From Trichoplax sp. H2 (lineage: Eukaryota), in assembly GCA_003344405.1 (NCBI GenBank), contig NOWV01000031.1:1-64000 (forward strand): a DNA stretch of 64,000 nt, in the 5' to 3' direction. The notes beneath the pieces were generated by a model. The model was not told the origin of the DNA, ran no database searches, and saw only the letters and a list, made by a program, of their open reading frames with translations. Below are positions 32,451 to 46,796 of the stretch, piece after piece. Numbering within the stretch: position 1 is the stretch's first letter; every line of letters starts with the position of its first letter. The position numbers and the translations under genes are program-made.

Positions 32451-35089
32451 GCGGCTACAAATTCTGCAATCTCCAGCATTCATTGATTCTTTAACAGTGA
32501 TTAAACGTATTAAATAGTACCAATTAAGGGCATAAAGTTATTAAATATGAAGATATGCTTATAGCACTGGCATTTGATTTCATTTTTTTCAAGTATAACA
32601 GAAAATCACAGTAAACAATGTTACGGTTAGAATAAAGAATACCCTTCAATTTTTTCTTTACAATTTCCACTGACTACCGGAATGGTACTTTGATTGGTCG
32701 TACATTATGGCAATCAAAGAGGGTCGCGATAGAAAAATAAGGGCATTAATTTTCTTATTAGTAATATTTTTATTGCAATTTTCGGTTACTTTAAAATCAA
32801 GAATTAACTAAGCCTGCTTATATTGGATTCTCAACATGTTGCTGTAAAGTGAAGTTATACTGGAATGGAATGGATCCTATTTCCTTCTCTTTTACAGCAA
32901 ATAACCTCGATATTCCTGTAGTAGAATATATGCCTAAAAGTAGATCACAAGATCCTTTATTTGTGAAGATTTCAAACGATTCTCAATTAAATATCCTATA
33001 GAATCCATATTTTGATCTATTATCACGCGCAGTTTTCTCCATATCGCTAATTTTCAAGTTGCTTTTCAGCCTTCTTTACAGCTGTTCGGTGCACTCTTAG
33101 TTTTTTTTTTCTACGCATGTTGTTCCTGACTTCTATCTAACCTATAGATTCCCAAAGTATTAGTGATGAAATTAATTTCGATGAAGAGTTTATAAATCCC
33201 TCCATTTTGGTACTTAATTATGGCTGGATATTTACAATATTAATTTTATTTCTTTTTCTTCGTTATGCAGAATAGCAAACTTTATTAAAATATTAAATTA
33301 AGAGAATGGTTTATTTTAAGGATCATTAATTTCGAAATACGGTACCGCATTATTTAAAACAATATGTGTTAGTTTGTTAGGATTATCCCAGTAGTTGTTA
33401 TTGACGAGTATTGAACTTTGGAATGTAAGCAATAGCTGAATTTGTACATGAAATTTCTAAATTTTATAGAAGTGTTAGTATTTCTACTTAAGCTAACTGA
33501 TGGCATACCAAACTAGTGTAGTCCCACTGTTTACAGTATGGTACACTCCGGCACCTATTTGACGATACGAACATTGTACGAAGATCACGTATATCGACTT
33601 AACAATATATTCGTATACATCAAGATCTAAATTATATATATATATATATATATACTTTGCGTCGATATAATTAAATTATGATGACTTTACTGCAGTTCTT
33701 TTTGCGATATGAGCCTGCATTTATAAAGTACTATTCGAATCATTTATCCACAATCCATATGCTTCCTTTACATTTGCGTATTTAGCCGATGTTCGTATCA
33801 TAACCTAAGGTTATTACGAGTCCAAGTATCTAAAAAATTATTACAGGTTTATGAGTAAATATTCTTCAAGTTTTACTGGTGTTTGGGTCCAGCCTTTACG
33901 TCCAATAGATACGTTTTACTATATCCTCTATATTTATTTTTGATCGATTTTGTTTTATGTTCTTGTATAATTGATTAGCTGTGCTTAAAATATAATAAAA
34001 ATTTAAAATTTAAATATTTCCAGTAATATAATTTACCTATTGCCGAATTAGTATGCGAAATTAATTTATTGTATTACTCGCTTTCATTCATTCGTTCGAT
34101 TTACTGTGGTGTTGAGTACTTTATAGTGTTGCAATATTAATAATTACTGTATATATTGTAGATAGTTATCCTTAGTGAAGCATCAAATCTGTTAATTATA
34201 TTCATTTTCGAACTCCCGATATTTAGCTTCCAATTTTAACTCCCTGACTGCGGCAAATAATCATTTCTAATTGTAAACTATTTGAATTGATTTGAGTTCG
34301 TTACAGGCTGGACATGGAAATTCAATATTACTTTAAAGCAGTTCTAAGAGAGATTATTTCCTGTTTTAGTTTTCGGTAACCTTCGTGCGACCCATTTGTA
34401 GCAGCGTCATAAATAATGATGTCGGAAAGTAAGGTCAACAAAAATGACTTTAAAGAATGTAAACATAAAGTTGACGTTCTACCAGTAGCGATTAAAACGA
34501 TGATGTTTGTCAAGTTTTATCAGATTGAATAATCATTGGTGAGCAAAGATCAATTTTAAATAAATAAATCTTGATCACAAATGTTCAACAACTAAACGTA
34601 TATTGAATATAATGCATAGATTTTACAGTGATGATATTCAGACAGCATAAAAATTGATTAATCGTGATATGAATAATTTCGCAAAAATTTTAATAATATG
34701 CAAGTTTATTACTTTAAAATTCGATCCACTGGTAAATTAAAAAATGAATTAAGCTGTAATAAAGAATCAAATTAAATAGCTCATAAAGCCAGGTATCTTA
34801 TGTAATTTAATTAATTTATTTTCTTTTAATTTGGATTATAATTTCAATGCTAGTGAATAAAATTTATGCTCTGAAGGATTGCAATGGACAGTAAGCTGTC
34901 TAAATGACTTGATCAAAAGCTTCCGGGAAGAAACCAAATCATAGCGCTTTGTTTATTTTGAAATGCTTGGCTGTATGGTTTCCACTATACACTTTACTTC
35001 CTTAACGGCATAACATCCATCTGCAGATAAGTTACCATCATCCAGAGCTCCTGTGTACGTATATATTGGATGTTTCTTGCGTTTAAAAT

Positions 35090-38000
35090 ATGGGCGGTCG
35101 ATGCACAAAACTTACTCATGGCCAACGAGTAAGGTCTCTTTATAATCAGGGTCAGGATAGTCTTAAATCGCGAAATGTATCGGAAGCTCTAAACCATTAT
35201 GAACTAGCTTTAGAACAAATTCAATCATCCTCTCGGATTACTCCTGAGTTCAATAAACTTCAATACAACATTTATCTTGATATTTGCTACATTTACATAA
35301 ATAATGGAGATTTTTCTAAAGCTAATGATTGCTGTCAAGCAGCAGAAAAGCTGGCTGATAAACCGAGCAAATTGTCTGAAATTACTCGTTGTTTGGAGAT
35401 AATAAGCCAACGCAAAATTGCGCATAATGATTGGAACGGGGCATTAAATGATTACCAAAAATTGTTGGAAATAAAGCTAAATTCGTTAAAGTGCAATGAT
35501 GAAGATGTCGCTAGCTTATACGATAATATTGGAAAGATCTATTGCGTTCTACGCAAATTTGATGAGTCACTTACTATGTATGATAAGCTACAGAAGATTT
35601 ACTCAGTAAGATCTGCAGATGAAAATTTTGATGTAGCTAGAGCACTTTTGTGTCAAAACATAGGGATTGTTTATTATCATCAAGTCAAATACGAAAAGTC
35701 GCTCTCTATGCATAAAGAATCGCTTCAGATTTACTTACGAAGACATGATGAAAATGATCTTAAAGTTGCTACTTTTTATAATAACATTGGAGCTGTCTAC
35801 TGTAGTAAAGGAAAATACAATGATTCACTTTCTGCATACGGAAAATCGCTCGAAATTTATTTGAAAGTAAAAGGTGATAATAATCTCCACGTTGCCAAGC
35901 TTTATAACAATATGGGATTTGTCTATTACTATCAAGGCAAATACGTAGATTCGCATTCGATGTACGAAAAGTCCTTAAACATTTTTAAAGCAAGAGTTGG
36001 TCTAAATCATCTTTATGTCGCTACGCTCCATAATGACTTTGGAGCGCTCTATTACGATCAAGGCAAATATATTAAATCATATAATATGTACGATAAGGCT
36101 CTTAAAAGTCTTATGAAGCTACACGGTGATCATGAACTTGATATCGCAGTCTCATATCAAGGTCTAGCTTCTGTCTCTAGTGATCTAGGCAAATGGAATG
36201 AGTCCTTTTCTATGTGCGAGAAGTCACTTAACATTTACTTAGAAAAACTTAGTGATAAGCATCCTAACGTTGCCAAAGTGTATATTATCCTGGGAAACAT
36301 CTATCATGATCACGGTAATTATCTCCAAGCTCTTAATATGTATCAAAAGTCACTTCAGATTTATAGGCTTGTTTATGATTACGATCATCCTAATATTGCC
36401 ACAGTCCACAAGAAAATTGCGACTATTTATTATCAGCAAGAGAAATATGATAATGCATTCTTTGAACTTACGGCAGCACTCAAAATTTACCAGCAAATGC
36501 TTGATAAGGATCATCCTCTTATTGCTGATTTGCATAACGAAATAGGTAGAATCTACGCTAAACAAGGAAAATTCGATGATGCTATATCTGTATGTCGAAA
36601 GTCCCTCCAGATAATATTAAATCAAATGGGTAAAAAGCATAAATATGCTGCTAAAACATTCGAATATTTAGCAATCGCTTACTATACCACCTCCCAATAT
36701 GACAAAGCCTTACCAAAGTATGAAAAAGCTGTTAGTATTTTATTTGATCTATTTGGAGAAAATCATCCTGAAATTTCTAGATTATACAAGGACATCGCTA
36801 ATTGTTATGAACAACTCCATCAAAATGATAATGCAACTGTTTGGCGTAACAAATCAGATCTAATTAGAAGTCAAACACAATGTGATAATATAGTGGACGA
36901 ATGTCTTAGCCACTCAGCACCATCACACGGTATGACAATATTTTATTTGTATTAGTCGATAAGAAATTCTATACATAATTAGTTTAGACTTATAGCAAAA
37001 TCACTTTCTTCAACTAATGCTTATCTTATTTTCATCAGATAATATGTTTTAGTATTTGCTAAAAATACGGCTATCTATAACATTATACATTCTTTCACAG
37101 ATAAATGTATAGTTTATAATATTATCCAAGTCATTTATGTGCTGATAACTAATGTTTACGTAAATTGACTATAAACTTACAGGTATTTTGAAAAGTTTAG
37201 GTTTAATTTTGTCTAGTAGAGACTAGTTAAATTATTGTTCTTCTTGACGATAGGAAATCGTCAGTAGTTAGGGTGATACTGAGAATAGATGTCGGAGATG
37301 ATAAACTTGACATTTAACGGGCACTTCTGTAGTTGTCTATAATCGTTTAGCAAGTTATCATTACAACTTTAAATTTGTAACAAGACTAAGTCTATAGGAT
37401 ATTAATTTTCGGTTTCATTTTTTGTGGCATAAGCAAAGTAGATTAATTTGTTGTCGGTTTGATATCTTCTTAGTGCTAGAACTTTAGTAATTTTTGAGAA
37501 ATTACGTAGAATGGAGCTAGTATTAATTTGATAGGTATACTGTGCCATATAAAATATAAATTGTGGAATACATAGATTAAGAAAGCTTTCAACTTTTAAA
37601 TGAGTAAGTGTTGTTTCGCTGCGATTATTACCCGATTTATAGAAAATGTAATGTCTGATCAAAATTACAAAGATAATTTGCCTAAAGTAGAATATACAGA
37701 AGAAGAAAAAAAGTATATTGAAAAATTGAATGGTTTGTATTAAGAAAAAATGTGTTACTTAATACGTTAATATTTCTCTAGAAATTTAAGGATTATCCCT
37801 TTCATAAATAGATGGAATCCATAATGACATGTTTATTTAGAGCTTTATAATTAGTACAGCAGTTTTAGACATTTGCTAACATACAATAACACGTAGGTAG
37901 TGTAATAATGAAATTGAAACTTTACTTTTTTCCTATAATCTACCCTATAGAAAACTGTTACTTTGTGATCGCATCTTCCATTGGAAAAGAATGGCAAAGA

Positions 38001-38441
38001 TTAGCTAAGGAACTGGGGCTGCCAGACGATGAAATTAAATCTCTTCAACAACAAGGCCGAAACAAAGGCGGTTATTCGACTCTGGCTGTGGACATGTTAA
38101 AATATTGGCAGAAGAGAAATTTAGCATCGAATGATCTAACGATGTTAATAGCTGGTCTTGATCATTTAGGCCAAAATAGCTTAATCGATAGTCTAAAGAA
38201 GATACTGATTCAAAATCAGTCGCACCAGTTCTTATCCAAATATATCAAAACAATTTTACAAAGTAAAAGATTGAAAATTTAAATTTATCGTCACTTACTC
38301 TTTAGCGGTATTTACCAATAAATTTCAAAGTGCGAAAATCGAGTGATAGATTTAGCTACTAAAATGGCAAGAAAATATTATTAGTCTATTCATTTTTTAA
38401 CATCAATCATTCATATTTATTTTACAGAGTCATTTGGCTAG
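35090..38441 (+). CDS. TPR protein C: N-myristoylation motif-TPR(x12)-Death domain (~751 aa)
   Basis: Exons 35090-36929 (1840 nt, same length as gene A exon 1), 37643-37732, 37951-38262 (death domain SIGKEWQRLAKELGL...LKYWQKRN; 312 nt like gene B exon 3) and a predicted terminal exon 38428-38441 (KSFG*). Starts MGGRCTK. Confidence 0.82.
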
Positions 38442-40966
38442 ATAATTTTACCGATTATAACCTGATGTAATACAATTGTTAACTATTCTTTAATCAGGAG
38501 GGATATATCTTTTTACAAGGTAATTATCCATATTAAGATAGAACTTAAAAATAAGCCTTTAATACCAATTTTAAAAATAGTATAGTAATTATGAACTGCT
38601 AAATAAGGATCAAAGAGAGGAATTTCCAGCTTAAATAAAACAGAGGCTTCTATCTGTAGCTCTTAAATTAAATTTTTGTCTATTTACGGTATTAAAGTCA
38701 AATACATATAATTAATAAGATAAATCCACGGAATACTGTTTCTTTAATGGATAATCCATCTATTTTCGTGTACAAATATATTTACTTTAAGAAGTGATTT
38801 TTCTTCCAATTGATAATTTACAATTTATTAAATATCCATCATCGTAAGGTGACTTGGCATGTTAAACCGATTAAATAGTATAAAATATTAGCAATTTCAC
38901 GTACTTTAGTGATTTTGAGCCATGTTAGGGGTGTATATATATAGTAGTTTTCAAGAGAAGTATTACAATGCCAGTTTAATCAAAAGAGTGCTTTTCACAA
39001 AAGTAATCTTTAAGACTCGTATATTATTTCTATTCTAGGCTCTATATATACTTTTGTACCGGTAATGTTTACAGCCTCCTAAATTGTTACTTTAGAGATT
39101 AACAGCTGACATGCTAGCAATCCTAAATTTAGAATTAGACAGACCAAAATTAGTAATTGCCAACTAGTTTAAATAGATTGTATCTATCATCTCGAAGAAA
39201 ATTACGATCGAAGGTACAATTTCTAAGTTTAGCTGAAATATCTTAGTAATACAAACTGACTGGCACTTCAAATTATATAATTGTAGGATGGAAAATACTC
39301 TCTTACGGCTTGCTGAAAGTTAGGGCTACACCAAGTTCGTAACAGTACTATAGCTATTAGGCATCATTGACTAAATGCTAATAAAGTATACCATTAGAAC
39401 TGCTAGGCATAACTTTTATTTCATGCCAGATATCATCAATCAGATTTATAATAACTTGTCAGATCTGTTCTAACAACAAAGAAGCTAGTATACATAAGGC
39501 ACTATATATCGTAGATTCTATGTATTCTTTTCTTTGTTATGATTTTCGATGTCAGTTTTACAGATAATTTCATAATTTTCCTTACACTAGAATCATAAGA
39601 AATTATTTCTCCTTCTTTTTTAGTTTATGGTCTGTTACAATATTGCCGAAGTACAAGGCTTACATTTTCCCAATCTGATGTACTAGCTTATAACATTTTA
39701 TGGTATTCGAACTGTATTTTTGTCTACTTGGTTCCTTGGTCGACCTAAGCATATTAAATAGCCGATTAAGAATTTTGATAATCATTTCTTGGCAACCTTT
39801 CGATCCTACGGAGTGCAACGTCGCCCTTATCATGTAACTTTATGTTCCAGAGCTTGATGTTGCTCAAATTTATTGCAATTTGATACGCAAGATACTAAAT
39901 TACATATAGAAATTTTTGAATGTGCAGTTAGTGAACATTGCACGTTTTATACGAAAAAGTAAAGTACACTACGAAACTACTTTAAAATATGGGCGATAAT
40001 GTTCAGCTATTCCGGCTGTATATACAAGTGTCATATAGATATTTCTATGTGAAGTAATAGGTTCCTACATTTTGTGAAGAAATGCCCGGCTACGCCAGGT
40101 TTACTTTGTCCAGTAATTTCATAAAGTAAGGTAAAATTATATAAGATTTCTGCAAGTTCATATTTGAGTCGTTTCTGGGATATGCTTCTATGGAAATTTG
40201 CAGCTATTAGAATGTATTTTGGTTACTTTTGATTAAAACTGTAATACGGCTAATTCATTATTGCTCATGATCAAGGACATCGGGACTTTACGTCCCGGCA
40301 TATAGAATATCAATTGAGAGTATATAGGTTCCGAATCGATTTAGTTGGATGTTGGTACGAAATGGCCAAATAAAGGCGTTTTTTATGAGAAAGCGAGATA
40401 GAAAATCAGTTAGTTGAATCGGCTAGTAAAATAAAGATAGTGCTCTAGTTATCTTTCATCAGAAAGTACCGCATCAGTAAAATATTAGATCCATTCTTAT
40501 CAATGCTATAGGGTTGTTTCCAGAGAAGAATTTAAGAAGCACACTATATAAATACATATGACTGATTTATTATTTTAAAAAAAATCGGTCACTTATAAAT
40601 TAGTGCCAATATAATAGCCTTAATTTCAAAGTAATAATTGCTGTCAATTAGATTTAAATTACTTACCTACATTTATGATAGTTGCAGAATCTATAAAATG
40701 ATATTATTATGCAAATATCTGCTAAGAACTGCTATACCTCAAATGGTAACAGAAGGAATTGGCCATTCCTGAATCTACTTTACCTATGTATTATACAGTT
40801 GAAATGGTAAATTTTACGACTCTAATTATTGCTTGTAGGGGAACAGAAAATAAATCTTACGTCTTTGAGCTGATATTAATTGCTTAAAATTACTTTGCTC
40901 GCAACTAAATTCTACTTAATGGTCTTCAGTGACTAGTAATTATTATAAAATGGACTTCTATCCCGG

Positions 40967-43900
40967 TTACATCGTTACGTTTTCTTTTTCTTTTTCTTCT
41001 GTTAATGGATAGCCATTATTCCTTTTAGACCTCTTGAAATGCAGTAAAACACCGACAATAAAGACTACTACGACGGCAACAGCTGATATCACGATTGCTG
41101 CAATCGCGCCTCCTAAAAATATCATAAAGGAACAAAATAAGTTTACTTCTAGCATTTTTAAGGCCACTATTTTGGCATTTAAAATCGGTGCTTATTAATA
41201 AATCATCTCACTTCCATATTACATATTAAATTTAGATGATGAAAATTTACCTGTTAGCCCTCCACTTCCAATCGCTTGCTTGGTAGATGTTCCTTGCATA
41301 GTTGACATGCCTTAATTAATTTAAAAGCCGAAAAGGAGTGAAGAAAATCGTATATTATACTTAGTTCAAAAGAAAATGTGTTATAACGCTCGATGCAGCT
41401 ACATAAAATATCTTGCACTTAAGATTTCTCAATTAAGCGATAAATTATACCAGAGTATGGGCTGCTACTACCATGTCCTGATGTCGATGATGTTGTTGCA
41501 ACTTCGTCTAAATTGAAATGTGATGGTAAATGGTAACTTAATTCTTGTTCAGAATCAGCATGGTTAGCTGTTGTAAGTTTCGATACTGTTCATGCATCGA
41601 TTATTTTAAAGCTATAGCCATCAATGGCTAAATTGATAATAAATGAATTTTAAACTATTCACCGAGCTATTTAAAAAGCTTTTTTATTTACAATCTACGG
41701 TATTTAATTGCGAACTGGAAAGTGATTTAATAGCTTGTATTTCTAAATATTTAGACGTGTTAAACCTATTTATTCATAGGAATAAGTAATCTATTTTACC
41801 TTTATCAATGCTAGCTAACGGTGCATACATGATAATGCAGTAAAGGATTGACTAATATTATATTTATAATGTCTGCTTTGCAATACCTCCACATACGGCA
41901 GTGTTAACCCTAATAACTTGATTATTGACCAGGTTGAATGATTGCAAAGGTATTGGGAATAATAAATTAAATTTTGGTACGATACCAGCCTGGAATATTA
42001 TGTAAATAAATGAATACATTAAGAAAATAACATTTTAAAGGAAGGTGTGAATTTGCCTGTTCTAGCATTAAAATTTTAATACATGACGCAGATCTATACT
42101 TTAGTAACATCCTTGTAAATAAGATTTTTATCTAACTTGAAGTTGAACTGTTCTTAATGAAATTAATGACTTGGACAACTAATTTTCAGGCTTTTGATGT
42201 ACATAGGTAGTATACTTACTAGGATAGGAGTAGAAAGTAAGAAAAACTGTAAGACTACTATAACATATTTATGAAATCAGGAAGTATGCAGCCAAAGGGT
42301 TTACTTATCTTTGTCACTGCGCATTTTTATATTTCACTGCTAATTTTTAGATATGATAGTCTAAGAGGCCAACAACATGTTACCATTTCTAGGGCTTAAT
42401 GTATTGTAAACTGCAGCTATTTTAGTTATGAATAGTGTCATTTAGCTAGTAATACTGCGAATGAATCACCAATTTTATATTTTCTTAGGTGCTGGAACGA
42501 ATTGACGGCAAATTATCTTATATTGGTTATTAATTAATTACGTACCGTAACCGTCACTTTTCCGGGAGAGCGAACCATATTAATTTTACCATACAATTTT
42601 ACAGGAACAGTGATATTAGTGTTTGGCACGTTAAAGGTAAATTGAGTGAGATAAAACTCCTCTGCATGGCGTATCTTCTGACTGAATGTAATGTTTTCAG
42701 ATGGATAATTTGCCTATAAAGGAATTAGCAAATGATAGATCAAATTATGAATCTTGGCTAGAAATAGTTTTAAGCCTTAATTCCAAGTAATAATTTTAGA
42801 ATACACCATATATAAAAGAGATGGTTGTAGTATGATTAATACGAATAGCAGAGGATACTAAAACGACGTTTGCCTGTTGAAATAGCAAGAGAATGAGTGA
42901 ATTGCTCATTAACAATTTTAATGGTTTACTGCTCGACGCTTTATAATAATTCAGCTAAGTTTATATGATTCAAAGATCTTTTTGATCGCTAAGATGCACT
43001 CACTTTTAAACTGTCCATAAAAGCAGGTTTTAAATTATTTTGTTATAGAATTCTTACTGTATAACTTTTCAAGCTCGTATTTCTAAGTACGTCTAAGTAA
43101 TCTATTAGCAATCACTGCTCTGGAATCAAATACTGGAAGAAAGGCATGACCTAATTAAAAATTATTTCTATAGAATAGTATCTTCTTTAAAATTTTTTAT
43201 GAAATGCCGCCCAAAATTTAATTGCATTATCTACAACAATAATATCCGCCCTAAAATTATTTATCGACACTATTATTACATTGTATCGCCTTCTAAAGTA
43301 GCTACATAGCTGCAGTACGCGCATTTAATTATTTTATCTAACAGTTCTAACTCATTCAGGTATTTTTTTGAAATAGTAATTATTACTGGAAGTTTCCTTG
43401 TTTGATGTAATATAAAATTGACGAGATGATAGCTTCTACGAAACTCTGAGCATATCTCTGAAGATCATAGCCATAAATGGATAAGAATACTATCACACAG
43501 AATCGCTGTTTCATACGAAATATTGATTACTAAAAGCCCACAATCGAGATATTATTCATTAAGCGAATACATTCGCGAGTTTTAGTACTTCATCTTTCAC
43601 GCACTATTGAATTGGTTGGAAACGCTCTCCTACTGTCTTGACAGCATATTTGTAGAGCGATACATAATATGTAGTAGAGAAGGAACATGCTATCTTATCC
43701 TAACGATAATAATGGATTACTTACAGGATTACTAGCTGAAAAATATTTTACAATAATGTAAGATCAGTTAAAATATCGTTAGTAGATGATAAGGAATATG
43801 CCAATCTAAAAATCATCGAAAATCATCTACACAATTTACCGAAACGTAGGCCGTTATTGGCTTTGCGCAGTAACTCATATCGAAAGAGAATTGAATTTGT

Positions 43901-44087
43901 CTGCCATAAACTTTTCCGCTACAGTTAAATCCAGTACAATTAGAAAATTCATAGCATTTTAGAGTGTTAGGTTTTGTTGGATCAAGTCCTGGAATTGGTA
44001 TTAAGGACAAGGGTATCCGATCAAAGTTTTGCTTTAGATTATTGATGAGATCTGAAAGGCTCTGGCATTCAGGATTATTAGTAGGCG
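40967..44087 (-). CDS. Uncharacterised single-pass (type I-like) membrane glycoprotein; 5' exon(s) not resolved
   Basis: Frame-compatible GT-AG exons 43840-44087, 42546-42713, 41887-41989, 41451-41507, 41251-41310 and 40967-41112. They encode a Cys-containing ectodomain with NxS/T sequons, an S/T/G-rich stalk, TM GAIAAIVISAVAVVVVFIVGVLLHF, a KRSKR stop-transfer and a short tail. Confidence 0.75.
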
Positions 44088-46796
44088 CTATATAAAAGAA
44101 AGCAAAACATGTTCATTTTAAATTTTATGTATAGAATTTCACTAAATTTAAGAAAAATTTCAAAAAAATGAATGCAATACTAAGAGGATATCGCAGCTTT
44201 GGGTAATTGTTGCACAGCGTATAGCTACTTTCGTTTCTTACTAATCTAAGCGATATAGTAAACTAAAAATCAGCTGCTGCGTGTTTGTCAATTTATCAGT
44301 ATGTATTCATTAGTCACCGTTGAAATAAATCATCTATTATGGGGCACCTAATGAACTCTGCATACTATATATTTAAGTAAACTGCAACAGGTTACATATT
44401 CACTATAAAAATACTAGAATGAGAGAACCTCCTGTACTTCTTGCTTGAAGTACACAGTAGATTATTTAAAGATTTCAAGTGCTTTAATGTAATTAATGGC
44501 AGATGCGAATATCGAACCATTGTTTCTTAGAATCAGAAAAGAACTAATTGTTATTTCATGCTACGAGTAAATCAGTATTTCCAATGTAGCTATTATTAAA
44601 TGTTAATTTTATCCATAATACTTTATTATAATATACTTAAATTATTTAAATTATTGCAAAAGACTTCAACATATCCAATGAACTCATTTTATTAAGCAAA
44701 GGTTTATAAATGGAAAAAAATTCGAGTATCGAAGAGCACGCACAAGTATTTAGACTGAGATAAAGTTGAAGAACGAATTAAAGTGCCGTCTGCTTCACGT
44801 AAGTCCAACAATAAAAATGATTAAAAAAATAGTTAAAAATCCGCCATATTTGCCAAGATCTATAGATGCATTGCATTATTACCAGGTTTAAGGTAGAAAA
44901 ATGTCGGAACTGAGTAAAACATGGAAACTAAACGGTGAAGTAGATCGCTTCATAAGTTAAAGTTTACACCATCTGGCATTGGAACTGCATCATTTTCAAA
45001 TTGTTAATTGTAAAATAAGAAAGTGGAAAACATATAGTGGATGATAGAGATGGGCTATTACTGCTAGGGTTTATTGAAAGAGTACTAGAATTTAATGTTA
45101 GGATACGTGATAAAGGATTTATGTTTACAATAATCCGTTGTAATCATAATTACCCTGTAGCATGATATAACAGGAGAAATTAGGAATCTCGTTTTGATTA
45201 ATATCATGATAGGTTTGTTGTACTTTAGTTATGTATTGGCAAATTAACTTCATAAATGAAGTATTCCGATTAGTTCTCCTAGAAATACGACTTCGAATCA
45301 GTATGAACTAAATTGATTTTATTTCTATCTTAAAACTTTCTTCCAAGCATAAAATTCTGACGACAATTCTAACTGACTACCTTTCTTAGCCTAATAACTA
45401 ACTTCGGTAGCTGTAGATGTGTAGAGATTTATATAATTTTCTATAGCTTATGCCAACCAGAGTTAAGTTCATTCGATTCGGTAAGCAAAACATAAAAACT
45501 TAGACGGAATTAACTTGCTACTCTTATGCGTCTGTGCACGCGCTCTAACATTCATTAACACTGCATTTGAAGTAAAAATCAAGTCTAATTTGCCTTGAAG
45601 ATTATGTGCAGTAATTTTATTAGTTTTATCTGCAAGAACATGATTTCTCACTCTATAACTCTAATTTAGCGGCAGCGGAGCCAGCCGTAACAGAATAGAT
45701 TTACATTCGATTATAATAATAATCACTCGTTATTACAATTGTACCAGCACGTACGAGGCATCATAAATATTTTGATTATGGACTTTAACGGCTGTTCTTA
45801 AAATATGATAAAATGGTCATTGCTACGATACTACAGCTATTAGTGTTTGACTTTATTTACTACTGAAACATATTAGAATGTGTCCATGTACAAATAATTT
45901 ACACTCGTCTTATGAACTTTCGTAGATCAAGTACATAATATAAACTCTATTACATAGTTTTGAAAATTTTCTTGGATTTCAGGATTTTTCTATTGTAATA
46001 CTTCATACTTTTTTGAGGAGCGGAAGTAATTAAGTGGAGTATACTTAAGCGTTCTGCTATTCTACTATACAACTTATTTAATTGTTAAAAGAAAAAATAT
46101 TCATTCTAGAGTATGTCACAGTTATAGTCCACGAAATCTTAGCTATATAATATTATACTATTAAGAATCTATTTCATCGACGACTGTACACCATAAATAC
46201 TATCTGCAATCCTATTCTAAATGAATAAAATTAGACTAATAGAGTACTATAGAATGGCACTTTATCCAACTATGGCACGTAATAGTAATTTTCTTAGATA
46301 ATTTAGCCCATTTAAGCAGGTAAAATAAAATAGTAATATTACACTACATTAAATGTTTTATTTCTCAACAAATATGGTGCATCTCAAACAATTTTTAATT
46401 AAAAAGAACAGACCAAAAGAAGATGACAATTATCAGACGTGTACGAAAGCTTTCTTTTTATATCCACTTAAATCTCTTTCAAATTTAAACGACTATTCAG
46501 AAGATTATAATAAAATCAAAGTTGAAGTTTGTGAACACTGTAGTGATATGTACTTACTTGCACATTGTCCAGATGATACATAAAACGCACAAAGTATGAA
46601 AATTAGCGCGTATAACTTCATCTTGTCTTAAATAGATTACCCAAACGAATATTTTGTCAGCAAGTGATATATAGTAGAAAAATATGTTTCACCGCGTCCA
46701 GCTGATGATTGTGAATCGGTTGTGGTTATAGATGGCGATCGGCTCTGTCTGTGTTCAAAACTCACTACGAGTGATGATGTTACAACTGCCAAATTT

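Noticed and set aside
15753..36955. TPR ORFs as bacterial (contaminant or horizontally transferred) genes in a prokaryotic gasdermin defence operon
   Set aside because: The ORFs end in splice donors, continue into frame-compatible exons with death domains, and sit among intron-rich animal genes.
46353..46583. 76-aa ORF with CxxC and HC residues
   Set aside because: No recognisable family or exon partners, so I cannot support it as a gene.
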